From NCBI RefSeq assembly GCF_009914755.1, contig NC_060930.1: 64,000 nucleotides of DNA; one strand, given 5' to 3'. The DNA is from the human T2T-CHM13v2.0 reference genome, Homo sapiens. Shown here one piece after another: positions 41,899 to 59,731 of the stretch. The position numbers were made by a program, and so were the translations under genes. How positions within the stretch are numbered: position 1 is the stretch's first letter; every line of letters begins with the position of its first letter. The notes under the pieces are model-generated. The model was not told the origin of the DNA, searched no databases, and was given only the letters and a program-made list of their open reading frames with translations.

Positions 41899-42660
41899 GA
41901 TATTATGGTACAATAAGAAATATATATTTGGTCTCTGGCCCCAGTTTCTGAGACAATTTCTAAAACTCTTGTAGACAGGGGTGCTAGGAGGCTCTTTTGT
42001 TCTAATATTTGGTCTTTGACCCTGGTTTCTAACACAGAGCTCCCAAATCCCTTGGAATTTCCTGGGCAATAGAAACTTCTTTTGTTCTAATGAGGCAGCT
42101 CCTGGTGGGCTCCTGGATAACCTCAGGATGGGGAATCAGCCATGGCATTAAAGGGTTGGAACTTTCAGCTCTACCCTTTGACCTCTGGAGAGGCTCTTGA
42201 GAGGCTCTGGAGAGGGGCTGATGGTTGAATAGATCATCAGTGGCCACTGATGTAATTAATCATGTCTATGTAATGAAGCTGCCATAAAAAACCCAGGAGG
42301 ACAGTGTTGAGAGAGCTTCTAGGTTGGTGAACACTTGGGGGTGTCTGGAAGACAGCCCACCTGGAGAGGACACGGAGGCTCTTCGCACCTTCCCCCATAC
42401 CTGGCTCTCTCCATCTCTTCATTTGTCCATCTGTATCTTTTTCATTATATTATCCTTGATAATAAACTGGTAAATATAAGTGTTTCCCTAAGTTCTATGA
42501 GCCACCATAGCAAATGAATCAAGCCCAAGGAGGGGTTTGTGGAAACTCCAATTTATAACCAGTTGGTCAGAGGTATAGGTGACAACTTAGTACTTTGCAA
42601 TTGGTGTCTGAGATGGGGGGCAGTCTTGTGGGACTGAGCCCTTAACCTGTGGGATCTAAC
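41899..42660. mobile_element. MER21-family LTR
   Basis: TATTTGGTCTTTGACCCTGGTTTCTAACACAGAGCTCC..ATCCCTTGGAATTTCCTGGG and GGGACTGAGCCCTTAACCTGTGGGATCT. Confidence 0.8.
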
Positions 42661-42699
42661 AGAAAACCTTTAAGCTTTTCCCCCCAAATTGTTAAATAA

Positions 42700-43036
<337 letters not shown>

Positions 43037-43084
43037 TAATTATTTTTTGAATTATTTTCTTAGTGATTGCTCAGTATGCATCTT

Positions 43085-43400
<316 letters not shown>

Positions 43401-43419
43401 TCAGTATGCATCTTAATCT

Positions 43420-45800
<2,381 letters not shown>

Positions 45801-46150
45801 AGTGAGGATTTACCAATACTCTCTCTCAGCCATAGCTGGGGATCTCACCTCTCCACATACCCTGTCCATCCTTTATTTCTCTTATCAGAACACCAAGGAG
45901 CAGACTTGTCTACATATGCCATGTGTTATTTCTGGGGATCAGCAAGGTTTTGAGAGAATACTGAGCAATCTATGGAGCTTTTAAATGTACCCATTGGAGT
46001 GTGCCAATGTAGGAATGCCTGACTGGGGCTGGATTACATACTAGGTAAAGAGCACATTCTCCAGTGTTAGATATTCTTAAGCCTTTGGGAACATTTAAAC
46101 TCAGAATTACCACGTTTAGATTTGCTTCTCCAAAAATACAGAATGTACGT

Positions 46151-46576
46151 TGTATTAGCCCATTCTCACGCTGCTACAAAGAAATACCTGAGCCTGGGTA
46201 ATTTATAAAGAAAAGAGGTTTAATTGGCTTACGGTTCTGCAGGCTGTACAGGAGGCATGGCAGCATCTGCTCAGCTTCTGGGGAGGCCTCAGGAAACTCA
46301 ATCATGGCAGAAGGTGAAGGGGAAGCAAGGACTTCTTACTTTGCCAGGAGGAGAAGGCAGAGGGAGGTGGGGAGGCGCTACACACTTTTCAACAACCAGA
46401 TCTCACAATAACTCACTTACTCACTATCACAAGGATAGCACCAGAGGGGATGGTGCTGACCCATTCAGGAGAACTCCGTCCCATGATCCAATCACCTCCC
46501 ACCAGGCCCCACCTCCAACACTAGGGATTACAATTTGACATGAGATTTGACGAGGACACAGATCCAAACTACATCA
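46151..46576 (-). mobile_element. MSTA/MSTB MaLR LTR
   Basis: TGTATTAG.CCATTCTCAC.CTGCTA.AAAGAAATACCTGAG...CATCA termini; flanks TACGT/TACGC. Confidence 0.88.
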
Positions 46577-46673
46577 TACGCCTTAAATAAGTAAATTTTC
46601 ATAGTTTTCATTATTTGGACTATGTGCATTAAGAAGCTAGTTTTAAGTTCACATTCGTGGTGGCTTACAGTTA

Positions 46674-47010
<337 letters not shown>

Positions 47011-47584
47011 CAGTTGCAATATTTGTGAATACCACCAAAAGAGCAGAGCTGAGACCAGAGAAAAGATGTTCGTTCAAGACAGAGATACACTTTCTAACAG
47101 AACTGCCTATAGATAACCTGGGGTGCCGGTTGAAGGGAAGGGTGGGGAGAATTTCCTGCAACGGGAGACACCTCTGCATGGATCCATAACCATGAAGCTA
47201 CAATGTTGTTGAAAAGATTCCCTCAGCAGATGGAATGTTCTTTGATTTTTCTTTCTACTGTGAGACAGCATACACACCCACATTCATACACACAAAAGCT
47301 ACGTACCAGTTTTACACCACTTTTTCAGGTAATCCTCACAGCTACCATATAAGGATAAATTATTATATTTTACAGATGAAGAAACTGAAGCCTAAGGCAG
47401 TTAAGCAACTCCCAAAGGTCAGAAATCTTGTGAATGGCAGACATGAAATTAGTCTTCCTGACTTTAAACATGAGTGGTACTTCTTAGACCAGGGTTGAGC
47501 TTCCTAGGAATTACTGAGAGTTGCTGAGTACATATGGAATTTTACTCAAGGACTAGAGTGAATGTTAGTTTTGCATGTAATGCC

Positions 47585-47985
47585 TGTCAATGGTAGACTG
47601 GATAAGGAAAATGTGGTATATATACATCATGGAATACTATGCAGCCATGAAAAGAATGAGAACATGTTCTCTGCAGGAACATGGATGGCGCTGGAGGCCA
47701 TTATCCTTAGCAAACTAATGCAGGAACAGAAAACCAAATACTGCATGTTCTCACTTATAAGTGGGAGCTAAATGATGAGAACACAGGGATACATAAAGGG
47801 GAACAACACATACTGGGGCCTATCGGGGGGTGGAGGGTGGAAGGAGGGAGACAAACAGGAAAAATAATGAATGGGTACTAGACTTAATACCTGCGCGACA
47901 AAATAATCGGTATGCCAAACCCCCATGACACACATTTACCTACATAACCAACCTGCACATGTACTCCTGAACCCAAAATAAAAGT
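47585..47985 (+). mobile_element. L1PA15/16-like 3' end
   Basis: ORF2 tail (GTWMALEAIILSKLMQEQKTKYCMFSLISGS*) and 3'UTR with AAACCCCCATGACAC. Confidence 0.8.
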
Positions 47986-50876
47986 TTTTTTCAAAAATTG
48001 CATTTAAGCAAGCTTTCACATTTTCTGAGGAGAAAGAAAAACTCATAAGAACTTTTAACGCAAAAGGAGTATTTCATCAAAGAAATATGACACCTTGGAC
48101 AGGATGCTGAAAGCTATGTCCATACTCAAATCCTGGAGAAATGTGTCCCGGTTGTCTTTCTGGTGGGCAGCCGTTGGGTAGGGAAGCTTGAGGAGCACTT
48201 CCACCATCTTCCTGGCACCTGGGGGTGCCAGTGCTCTTGGTTTCTGAGGCCCCTTTCCTGCCTCTGCTTCCTGCTGAGGAGTGGTTTTCCTCTGTACCTT
48301 GGCACCAGGAGGAGCTCTATTTCTAGCCGATGACCTGAGACCTTGAAGCCTGCAGCGGTGGCACCCTCACTAGCAGCAGGGCCTGTCTCAGCCTCTGACA
48401 GTTTCTGGGGCAGGCTCACCCTCCCCCCGTTGCCACAAGACCATCTCATGGCCCAGGAAGGGACCACAGCCCACAGTGAAACCACTTGGCATCTATGTAG
48501 AACTGACAAACTAGGAACTGTCACCTCACTAAATGAACGTGAAAAAAGATAAAACTGGAGCAAGGAAGCCTTTGGGCAAACATTTAAAAAAGTGATTTCG
48601 AAAGTGGGTGGGCTGACCTCAGTGGCCAGGCCAGGCTGGGTGCCTGGGATGCACTCCAAAGTGGCAGACGCTAGGCCGTTTGCCAAGAGCCAGTCGCCCC
48701 AAGGGTTGCAGGACAGACAGCCCTCCGAGCGACTTCCCAGATTCAGTGCGCTGCTAGGCCTTTCTGCGGACCTGCAACCTGCCATCAGCTGCCTTTTCAT
48801 TGAGAAATCAGTAATTGTGGGAAAGGCCAGTGAAAGGTTTGTGAGCCGGTTAACATTTTTACAAGCTGATTAAATTCTCAAGTTCACCCCGGACTCAATG
48901 GAGTTTAAGCTGAAAAGATTCCTGAGTATTTCCACATTTCCAACCAGAAAGAACATGTTTCAATACCCAGGGCCCCAGACCACAGGCTGGAAGGGAGGGG
49001 AGAAGGGCAGAGAGAGGGTGCAGGCAGCTGCAGGAACCGTGTCGCTGTCTCGGTAGCTGCTTTACATGTGGTCTCAGTGCCTTGAGGACGCCAGGCGCAG
49101 ACCAGTTTTGGGGCTCAACCCCAGCAAGGGAAGCATTTCCTTCCAATTGGAGGGAAGGGCTGATGGTGCCAAAATTGGAGCTGCCAGATGGTTCCCTAAG
49201 AACGGATTACAAACTAGAGTAAACACTCCATCAATTCATCTTTGAATTTATTACTAAATATTTTTAAACACCCTTTAACAATCCCTACAATCTAATCCAT
49301 TCTCAAATGCTAAAGAAACGTGTATAAAGAAAAACATTAAGTGGGTTTGTCAAAAGATTGGAGGTTTGGATGGAAAAGTTTATTTTAGTTACTTGGCAAT
49401 GTTGGTACCCACTGGTTTTAGCCCAGCATCACAAGAACCTGGGTCCAGGCAGCAGAAAGACCTGAACCCAAAAAGGACAGAACTCAAGGCAGCTCCAGGC
49501 TTCTGTCTATGGAAAAAGCAGCTAAACTTTGATCTAGGTTTAAAAAACAATGGAAAGGCAATGTCAGAGAACTTGAAACAATATGGAGATTTTTTTCCTC
49601 TATTTTCTGTGATTGCTTAGAAGCAGAAAGTTAAAATAGATGCCCTTTCAAATTTCCTGTATCTCATTTCAAGTCAAGTGTCCCCGACTAGTGAGTTCCT
49701 CCTTTCCCCAGCAACTCTGTGACACTGGAGATTCAAGACCTCAGCAGCTACCAGGGATATTTAGGCCTCTGGAGTACACAAAGGCCACCAAAGGAAGAAA
49801 GGGCTTAACAATGCCCCCGGGATCCCATCAAGCCAATCAAAAGGATTGAAAACCCTGAATAAGCAAGGTTTATCACCAGCCAAACTATGTCACCATCCTG
49901 GTGCCACACTGCCCATTCCCACCGAGCTCTGGGAAACCACCTATGTGCTCTCCTTGCCGGAGGGACATACCCAGCCCCAGAACGAAACTCTGCAGAGGGG
50001 CCAGCTACTGGCACTCCTGATGTCAGCACCAGCAGCTGACCTGGCAGGCGCCCAACCAGGAAACGAACAAGGGAAACTGGAAGCGGCCAAGGGATTTGCA
50101 GAACCTTCTGAGCCCACTGCAAAAGACCATGCCATTTCCATTCTGAAGACAAAAACGTGAAGTCCCTGTTCCCAAGACCCCCTACAGAATCCAAGAAAAA
50201 ACAAAAAGGGAACATCAAAATGAAAGAGAGAATTCTTCATGGATGGATGTCACGAACGTGTTTTCAGGGAAGAACCCCAAATGGCAGTCAGATGGAGGTG
50301 GGGCGAGTGCTGAGCTCACCCAAAGAGGATGCCCATTCTGAGAACTGTTTCAGGAGAAAGAAGCGCAAAAGGCCGGGGCCGCTGCCTGTCCCACCCTGCC
50401 GCCAGTGCTGTGTGTCTTGGGTGGCTCTATCACAGGTCAGCAAACTTTTTCTGTACAGGGCCAAAGAGTAAGTAGTTTAGGCATTTCTGTTTGTTTGTTT
50501 GTTTGTTTGTCTCTCTTTGCTTTACAATTCTTTGAAAATATAAAACCCATTCTTAGCTCAAGGGCCTATAAAAACAGGCAGGGACTGTAATTCCCTGACC
50601 TTTGTCAGGCACCATCAAGCCACAGGTACCCTCCTGATGAAAGGAGTAAGAGTCCCTGACAGGTGGTCCTCTGCATGGGGCGGGGGGCACCTGGAAAGGG
50701 AGGGCCTGGGAAATGCACTCATCTGGGAGGGAGTCTTTCCATTCCCACTGGCTGAGTCCTCAGTTACCGCAGGGCTGTCGAGAGTCTGAGACAGAGGTCT
50801 GCCCTACAACATTGTGCTGAGAAGTAACGAACTGAGCTGTACACTGACACATTTGTGAAGAGGGAAGATCTCATAT

Positions 50877-50900
50877 TGTGTGTGTGTGTGTGTGTGTGTG
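50877..50900. repeat. (TG)n microsatellite
   Basis: Direct read. Confidence 0.95.
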
Positions 50901-51911
50901 TTTAACCACAATCTTAAAAAAGAAAGAAACAACAATTTTAACAATTTTAAGAGACTTTCTCCTCATAAAAAAGATTAAAAACAAGTGTGGGAAGATCTGG
51001 TAATTCCCAATAGCGATTTCCAAAACCAAACTAGAGGAACGACTAAAATAGCGTTAACTGTCCCTCAGTCCTCATCAACACATCCTATACATTAATGTAT
51101 TAACGTCATAACAACCCACGCAGGAGGCACCATTATTATCCCATTTTACAGAGGAAGAAACTGAGGAATAGAAAGTTTAAGTAAGTTGCTCAGGTTATAC
51201 AGCTAGGAAGTGGCTGAGCTGGGGACTGAGCCAAGGTATTTTTGGCTCCAGAGTTTATGTTATGGAAGGAGCCTCTGTAAGATTTGGACAAAAGGGATTT
51301 TATAAATGTCCAGATCATTAGCTACTCTATCAGTTTTCCCACTGTGATTAGCAAACACCATAGGGAAGGTGTGGGAGGGAGGAACTGAGCCCCGTGCCCA
51401 AGCCAGGCTTGGGTGGGCAGAATCCTGTGTGAAGCTGTTGAATGGGAACAGATTTCAACGCAGAAGGAAAGCAGGCTGACTCTCTGGCACCTGCATCAGG
51501 AAAGAAAGGTACAGGTAGAGAAGCTGCCTATGACTTTCGAGTCACTGTCCCTCCCCGCCCCATCATTTCTGGGGACCAGTCTGCGACTCAAGAACTGATT
51601 TCACCTGTGAGCAGGGTGACTTCTGGAGGCAGGTGGTAGTTTAGGAAGTTGCGGGTTTTTGTGAACATGTAGGTCTCATTTGGACATCTCTCCTAGGAAA
51701 GCTCATCTCCTAGGATTCATAAATCCCCCAGTCAGGGAGCCTCCTTACCTCAAATCAGGCCTTTGCTCTTATGCCATGAAACCAACCATGCATTTAAGAT
51801 GAAAACCTAGAGCAAAGTCATCCATTAGAATTTGGCCACTTTTAATAAATGACTTGTTAACATTTATTTCGGGCATACCAAGAAAAGTTTTTTAATTAAA
51901 AAGCAAGTCAA

Positions 51912-52300
<389 letters not shown>

Positions 52301-53164
52301 CTAAAAAACAAGTCATGCTCCTTGATGTAATTTAAATACAAATGTTTAAAGTGCTTTCCCCACTCTGACTGCAGTCAAAATGTCAAGCCTTATATTTCAC
52401 ATGTCTCTCCAAACTTTCACCTTGCTTCATGCCATTACTATATACACGAGTTTTTCCCTACAAAATGGAATCATATTATTCTATATCTTGTTTTTATAAA
52501 ATGTAAGAATATATAGTAGGCATTTTCCCTAATCAATACATATAGATTGATTTCATTTTATAAAAATAGTTACGCCATACTGAATACTAGGTATGCACTA
52601 TAATTAATTCAACAATCCTCCTGCTGATGAACATCTAGGTTGCTAGAAAATTATAACAACAGGGGGCCTCTCTGTCTTGTCCCTGATTGGTTTTGGGACA
52701 ATTATCTATTCATTTGGAGAATGACAAACTAGTTCCTTACTTCATACTAATGACAAAAATAATTCCAGATAGATTATAGACCTACTAGAAGAAAATGCAA
52801 AGAAACTTTTGCATAATCTTAAAATAAAAAAAGGCCTTCTTAATGTAGACTAACTAGAATCTACCAAGGAAAAAGAACCTGCCAGGTTTGATGACATAAA
52901 AATGAAACTTTCTGTGTGACTGAAAGAACTATATGAAGTCAGGACACTTCATATCCAGATTTAATTTTTCTAATATGCAAAGAGGTCATTGAAAATAATA
53001 TTAAAAGATAAAAGAAAAATGGAGCACAAAACAGACTTCACAGAAGAGGCAATACAAATGGAACAATTATTATACAAACTAGCCATGGACATGCAAATTT
53101 TAAAAACAATGAGCTACTGTTGCTCTCAATTGGGCAATATTTTTAGAAAACTGATAGCATCTAG

Positions 53165-53360
53165 GCCAGCCCTTCCCAACCGTCTGCACCTGGGAATCGC
53201 CTGGGGACCTTCAAGTAACTACTGATCCCCAGCTACCAATTTAATTGGTTTGGGGTATGGCCTGGGGTTCTACATTTTTAAAAGTTTCCTGAGAGAGTCT
53301 AATGTACAGACTTTGAACATTAATAATTTGGGAATAAGTCCCGTAATTTGGAAACCACTA
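53165..53360. mobile_element. MER5A-like DNA transposon fragment within a degraded L1M
   Basis: GAATC.CCTGGGGA.CTT...TTTAATTGGTTTGGGGT.TGGCCTGGG...TTTTTAAAAG.TTCC...GAAACCACT. Confidence 0.6.
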
Positions 53361-55644
53361 GTGTACATTAAAGGAGGGTATGAGGCAAAGGAGGTTTTCA
53401 TCTCTGGTGTGGGTGGGAGTGTAAATCATCACGACTTTTTTAGAAAGCAAACGGGCAGAATTTATTAAAATTTACTAAAAGAAGAATGTACATACCTTTT
53501 GATTCAGTAATTCCACTTTGAACAATACATCTTGGAGAAATAAAAGCAGCACTATCAAAAGATACACATGCATATACACGCAAGAGTGTCTACTGCAGCC
53601 GTGATTCCTAACAAACCCTGGAAGAAACCAGTGGTTGAAAAAGAGATACTGAGATCTCTAACTCAGTGAGGATGATGGCACAGGTACCAATATGTCTGTG
53701 GGACATCGTTAAGTGAAAAATGCAAGTTACAGAATAATAAGAATAGATCCAATTCTTAAAAATGTATATGTTGTTTGCATAAGAAAATCAAAAGGCCTAG
53801 AAAGGTAACATAAAAGCGGGAGATGATGTAGAGAGAGTAGATAGGAAACTTAGTTTTCTGTGAAACACAAGAGGATCTTTTGTAATCAAAATAATTGACT
53901 TTTTTTTAACAATTAGCCTTTAAAATAGACACATACACAGCGAGAAAGAAATGAGGCTTTTCCTAAGATGTATTAAAACTTGAAGTAACAAATATACTAT
54001 ATTATTAGTTATAGTACATACTTATATATTTGTATTATTTATATCTATTTTATTTTGTTTTTATATTATACAAATATATACATCATTATAATAAATTATA
54101 CTACATACTGCTATAATTAAAACAGTAATGGCCAGGTAGATCTAACCATTGACTAGAGTTCAGAATAAAAATCCAGATTTATATGGAAACCAATTGTTCG
54201 GTGAAGCCAATATATTTTGAGTTAGTGGAGGAGGATGGGGAAGCTTGCTGTTACTGCTTGCTATCATGGCCAACTGGAGAGAGTTAAAGGGCCCAAAGAT
54301 GGAGAAATCCAGTGCAGGTGGTAGCTTGGAAGCCCAGCCCTAGGGCTGAATGTGGTGCATTCTTAACAGGTTTCCAGGTAATATTGATTCTTTGAGCCAC
54401 AGGTGAGCCAAACCCACTCTGAAAGCCATGGCTACTTACATCCCTACAGTGTCCACTCAACCTGTAAATCCCACAAGGAGGTGTGGGGCAAGGGGTGGAC
54501 ATGGCCTCCACTGGGTTCCTGCCAATAAATGGGGTTTGGGGTTGGCTGCCTGGAATTGCTGTCGAAGTTGGCAGCTGCTTGGCAGCTTTGCTTTCTGAGC
54601 CCAACAACAGCTCCAAGAATGTGTCCGGCAGGATTTAAGCCTGAGCTGGGAACGCACATCTGTGAGGCTCTGATGTGAATATTCAGCAGGGAGATCTGGA
54701 TTTCTTCTCGATTGCCTGTAGCATCAAATCTGTGACGAGGCTTACCCAGGACTTTCTTCTCCTGACATAATTGCGGTTTTCAAATTCAGTTATGTTCCCA
54801 CTCTTGTATTAGGTAACAGGTTAAGCAAATTCATGAGCCTGATTTATTTTTCTGTGACCTTCATATTTTAGAAAGATTATATCCAAGTCCCAACCGGCTT
54901 CCTCAGCTCCCTAGATTAAATGTTCTCATTGTTCAGCTTGTGTTACAGCACATCACCCTGCTTCTCATTAATCATTCCCAACTGTCCAGCCCCCTTAGCT
55001 TCCTTCGGCTGCAGAAGGCTGCACCTTGTTCATGCACTTATTCATCTGAGTGAGGGTTCTCTCCCAAATTTAGGCCTGTCTGTGGTAGCCTCCAGTGGAT
55101 TCTTGGTGCATATTTTAAAACTTCAAGGGACAGGTTAGTGAGAAGCTGGGAATTGAAGAATAAAAGTCCTTCGCTTTCAGTTTCATTATCTTTGGGTGAC
55201 TTTAGGTATGACAATCAGCCACAGTTACCCCAGGGTACTACTAAATCTAAAATTGAGATGACCACACTCAGAAAAACACCTGTTTCCTGAATTAACTTCT
55301 CAGTGTTATACCTAAGTGAAAAATTGCCTCCATGCTTATAAACCACTCCACCTGCCTCCATTTCTGCAGATGGACATTCATACTCTTCAAAAACACATCC
55401 CACTGTAACATAAACTGGGTGACCAAGAAGCTAAAAGCAGAGGAATTTGCTCATAGAAAATAGAGATCTAACAGCTTTAATCTCCCTTTCCTCCCCTAAA
55501 TTAGATATTGTTTCTATTAAATTCCCTTCTAGTTTCCTCATTTGCCTTCATCCCATTTCAGGACATAACTGGTGCTGGGAAATATGGATTCTTCTCTATG
55601 TCAAAGGCCCACTGGTGACTGCTTTTAATGAGTCATTAAACAAG

Positions 55645-56100
55645 AACCCACCCAAATGCCCATCAATGATAGACTGGATAAAGAAAATGTGGCATGAATA
55701 CACCATGGAATACTATGCAGCCATAAAAAAGAATGAGTTCTTGTCCTTTGCAGGGACACGGATGAAGACCATCATCCTCAGCAAACTAACACAGGAACAG
55801 AAAACCAAACACCACACGTTTTCACTCATAAGTGGGAGACGAACAATGAGAACACATAGACACAGGGAAGGGAGCACCACACACTGGGGCCTGTCAGGGG
55901 GGTAGGAGGTAAGGGGTGGGGGGCAAGGGGAGGGAGAGCATTAGGGCAAATACCTAATGCATGCAGGGCTTAAAACCGAGATGATGGGTTGATAGGTGCA
56001 GCAAACCACCATGGCACATGTATACCTGTGTAACAAACCTGCACGTTCAGTACATGTATCCCAGAACCTAAAGTAAAATAAAAAATAAAAATAAAACAAA
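55645..56100 (+). mobile_element. L1PA10/11-like 3' end
   Basis: PKCPSMIDWIKKMW... ORF2 tail; 3'UTR CAAATACCTAATGCATGC.GGGCTTAAAACC; A-rich tail. Confidence 0.88.
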
Positions 56101-58979
56101 CAAACACAAGAACTTCTGAGGTCCTCCCCGAGAGGACTCCCCGAGGGAGCTTGGAGCAGTTCCTGCCACATAGTGGGCATTCAGTGAACTACTTGAGAGA
56201 TTAATGTCTGTTGCTCTCCCCAGGCACTTCTGGACCTATCTGGTACACACTCAGGATATTTCAATTTCTCCACAATCCCCTGTGAAGGTTTGGCGATGGT
56301 GCTGGTGAATTGGTTGCACCGAACAAGGAACCTGTCCACTGGGCTGCTTTCAGGCAGCCCAGACCAGCCCTGGGAGGCCCGGCTTTTCTGGACACGATTA
56401 GCTTTCATAAATCATCTCTCTCCACTATTCTTTGCTTTACGATCTTTTATGTGGTTTGTCAATTAAGTTTTGTAGCTATAATGTCTTAATATTTGGCCCT
56501 GGGGTGTAGGCTATCAATCAATCTACTCTAACCTGCATTTTTATAGTAAATCTCAGGCCTCGGCATGTTGAATTTCCCATCTGGGCCTTCAGAAGTCTTC
56601 TCTTCTCACTTCTTACAAAAACAAGAGAAGCTACTGTGGGTCCATTTTCCAGGAGGGACATTCCTGCTCCTCAGCCATCATTTCCCAAAAATCCTTTCAT
56701 TTCTCCCGGGATTTCTTATTAAGTTACTACTTTTAGATTCTAATGCCTTATTTTTCCATGTTAGCTATATTGGATTCTTTGTTCACTTTTCTAATATTTC
56801 CCATTTGCTTGTGCAAATCTCCTTACCACCATGTTATTAACCCTTCCCTTCCCATCCTTCCTGGTCAGTGGATGGTCTCTTTATGCCCTTCCTCACCCAG
56901 CACTCACTTGGGACACCATTCCCTCTCTCCAGGCCACAGCAGGGCTCCTGACTGTCCTCACTGCAGAAATGGAAGCTTCTTCAGCAGCCATCAGTGTCCT
57001 TTTATCTCCTTACTATTCTTTAAACCATCCCACATCCCTTCCATGAAGCTTTTTCTCTCTGTTGCCAGAGCAACCGCTGGGTGCGGGTGAGGATGCTCAT
57101 GGCCCCATACCCATCTCCCCATCATCTGCGTCTGGCGTGGCCCTTGCTAAATTGGCCAATCAATCATCTGGGGAAGAGCCACGACCTCATGGGTTCAATG
57201 TTTGCACTCACCAGGGTTCCCTACTTCTTCGAAGGTTCTGTTGTTTAAATCTTCAAAAATGTAATGGAAATGGATGTTCTACACCCCTTTGGGGGTTTCA
57301 CAGGGTTTTGAGAAAGGCACAGATGGAATGTATGCTAAGATTTTTCTTAATTGAAACCAAATGTTTTTCTCAGCAACATTTGCCATTTGATTCTTCAGTG
57401 ATGGGAGATGCCTAGGAGGAAGTCAGTTGACAGTGATGTGGAGAAGAAATGCTTCTGAAGTCTCTTTGCGCTTGCCTTTTCCACGATGACACTCTTCATT
57501 GTGTGGGATTTCCATACCCCCTGAAGGGCAAAACTGCTCTGGAGGGAGGACTTCTCCTTCCAGATATCGGGAGGAGTGACAGGAAAGTGAGGGAAGAGCG
57601 AGGCCTGAAGAGTGCTCCATCTCAGATGAGGGTGCAGGGCACCCTTCAACGCCAATGGCCACCGCTGCTCACAGCCTCTCCAGAAGCGGGAAGATGGGAC
57701 ACTTTAACCACGAGGTGGTCTTCTCTATAAAATAACAGTGGGCGGGGGGAGATCCATCGTGTTCCCTGTGGAACACGATGGGTTCATGGGCCATAAGATA
57801 CAGACAATCTGACGGCAAGAAGCCGAGTAGTAGAGAGAAGTCTTAAATACAGTGTGAAAGTGATCAGGAAATTTTTCAAGAAGGAGGTGGCTTGTGAGCT
57901 GAGTCCTGTGGGGCAGGCAAGGAGGAATGAAGTTAAGGAAGCAGAGGGCAGTGCTTTTCAGCAGTTAGGAGGAATAAAGTCTCCTCAGGCATCTCTTTAA
58001 AATGCCGGCTCCCAGGCCCCATCCCAGAGGTTGAACTAGAAGGTCTGAAGCAAGCCCGGGACTTGGAAAATCTAGCAAGCCTCAGGAACCCTAGTTGAGA
58101 TGGACTCAGACTACCTGCATTATGGAAAGCACAGACGGCAGTTTCAGGCAAGGTGAAGGGCCTCAGTCTGGTTTAAATACTCAATTTAGAGCAGGATTTG
58201 TAAACTTAAATACCTCTGGGGCTAGGGTGACACAGACCTTGAGAGAAGTTGAAGGTTTACAAGTACAAAGAGGAGATACTCTCTCTCTCTCTCCCAATTC
58301 TGGAAGGGACAGCAGCCAACAAGCTCCGGCAATTACTGCCATGCAGGAATATGTGCTCCGGACTAGGGCACCAGAGCTGTCTACCAGAAGAGAAGCCAGA
58401 GACCTGAGTTTTATGTGCCCCAGAATTATTAAATGATACATTAAAATGCCACGAGCATCACATAATTCCATGAAGTCCACTATAGTAGGCAAGTTCAGAG
58501 AAGCAAAATAAAATCTCATTGCATATGGACTTAAATGATAGAAGAAAACTGTATTTTATCCGGTAGACAATGAACAATAGAAGGCTTTGCAGCAAAGAAG
58601 GAATCTGAACAGAAGTGTGCTTTAAGAAGATTTCTGTGGCTGTTGTCTGCTCGCAATGGAATGGAGAAGGGACCTCAGATATCAGCTCCTAGGAAGCCTC
58701 TCCCATGTGCAAAAGGAATGGAGAATAGAGGATGAAAGGTTTCCAGAAACAAGAATTCAGGAGATTTGATTGACTATGGAAGGAAGAGAAAAAAAGGAAT
58801 CACCTGGGGTCTTCTATGTCTAAATCCATGCTGCCTCTTGCCATCCTTTTCCTTTAATATATACTAATGTTCCAGCTTCATTCATTGCACAAAAAAATGA
58901 TCATTTAGGTTGCATTCTGATCAGTGCCTGCTTAATAATGAAACTTAGAGTTATTTGTTTAGGGAAAAAAAGCACAGAC

Positions 58980-59731
58980 AAAATATTTTATAATATCTAT
59001 AATAAATGCAAAGAAATCAATACAAACAAAACTTGGCTTTAGCAAACTGTACATACATAAATATCTTTTTTTTTTACTATAACATTCAACTTTTTTCACA
59101 TAAAGCCTTCCATGATCTTATTTATTACATCTAGTTTTTCTTTATACCTCTAAAAAAAAGTGCCTTTTAGATTTACAGCTTGTGCTTCTAAAGCAAAGGT
59201 TAAAACATCATGCCCCAAAGGAAAACAAGGTAAAAAGGAAGCTGCCATATAAGCTCTTAAAAATTGTATGTTACAAGGTTCTAAAATCTCTTCAGCACTG
59301 GTTGGTTGGTAGATTGTACGACACTGACATGGTGCTTGGGAGGGTCATTTATCTGATGGTTGGAGCAGCACCATGGGAAAGCTGCCCAGATGGTCTACTG
59401 AAGTCCTTGGCTGTGCACAGAATGGGCCAAGGGCCCAGAATTCATGAGTCCGGGGAACTTTGGAGGTCCTTACTCAATCTCCTTAGTGCTAAGGTTCAGA
59501 GTCTCAAACCAGATTTCTTCCAAACCTTCTTGTTGTCTGTTTGTTCCCCTGTCACTGTTTATCTTCCACCTCTGAAGCCATAATTTGCACACATGTGATC
59601 TGGAGGAGGGCTAAAGCTGCCACACCGAGGGCTTTCGCCAAGATCAAGGTCCTCTTGTTGGTAGTTTGGGATTGCTTATGACCCGATCCTCCTTATGCTA
59701 CCAGCACTTCTGCAGATGGCATCTGCTTAGT
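58980..59731 (-). other. SYNE1: SYNE1 3'UTR (3' end approximate)
   Basis: Follows the TGA. Minus-strand AATAAA at + 59121-59126 overlaps a UGUA; a TATAAA variant lies near 58987-58992. Confidence 0.75.

Noticed and set aside
48126-48800. 224-aa minus-strand ORF, the longest non-L1 ORF
   Set aside because: No recognisable domain and no exon structure linking it to SYNE1, which has already ended; composition is typical of a chance ORF in GC-richer DNA.
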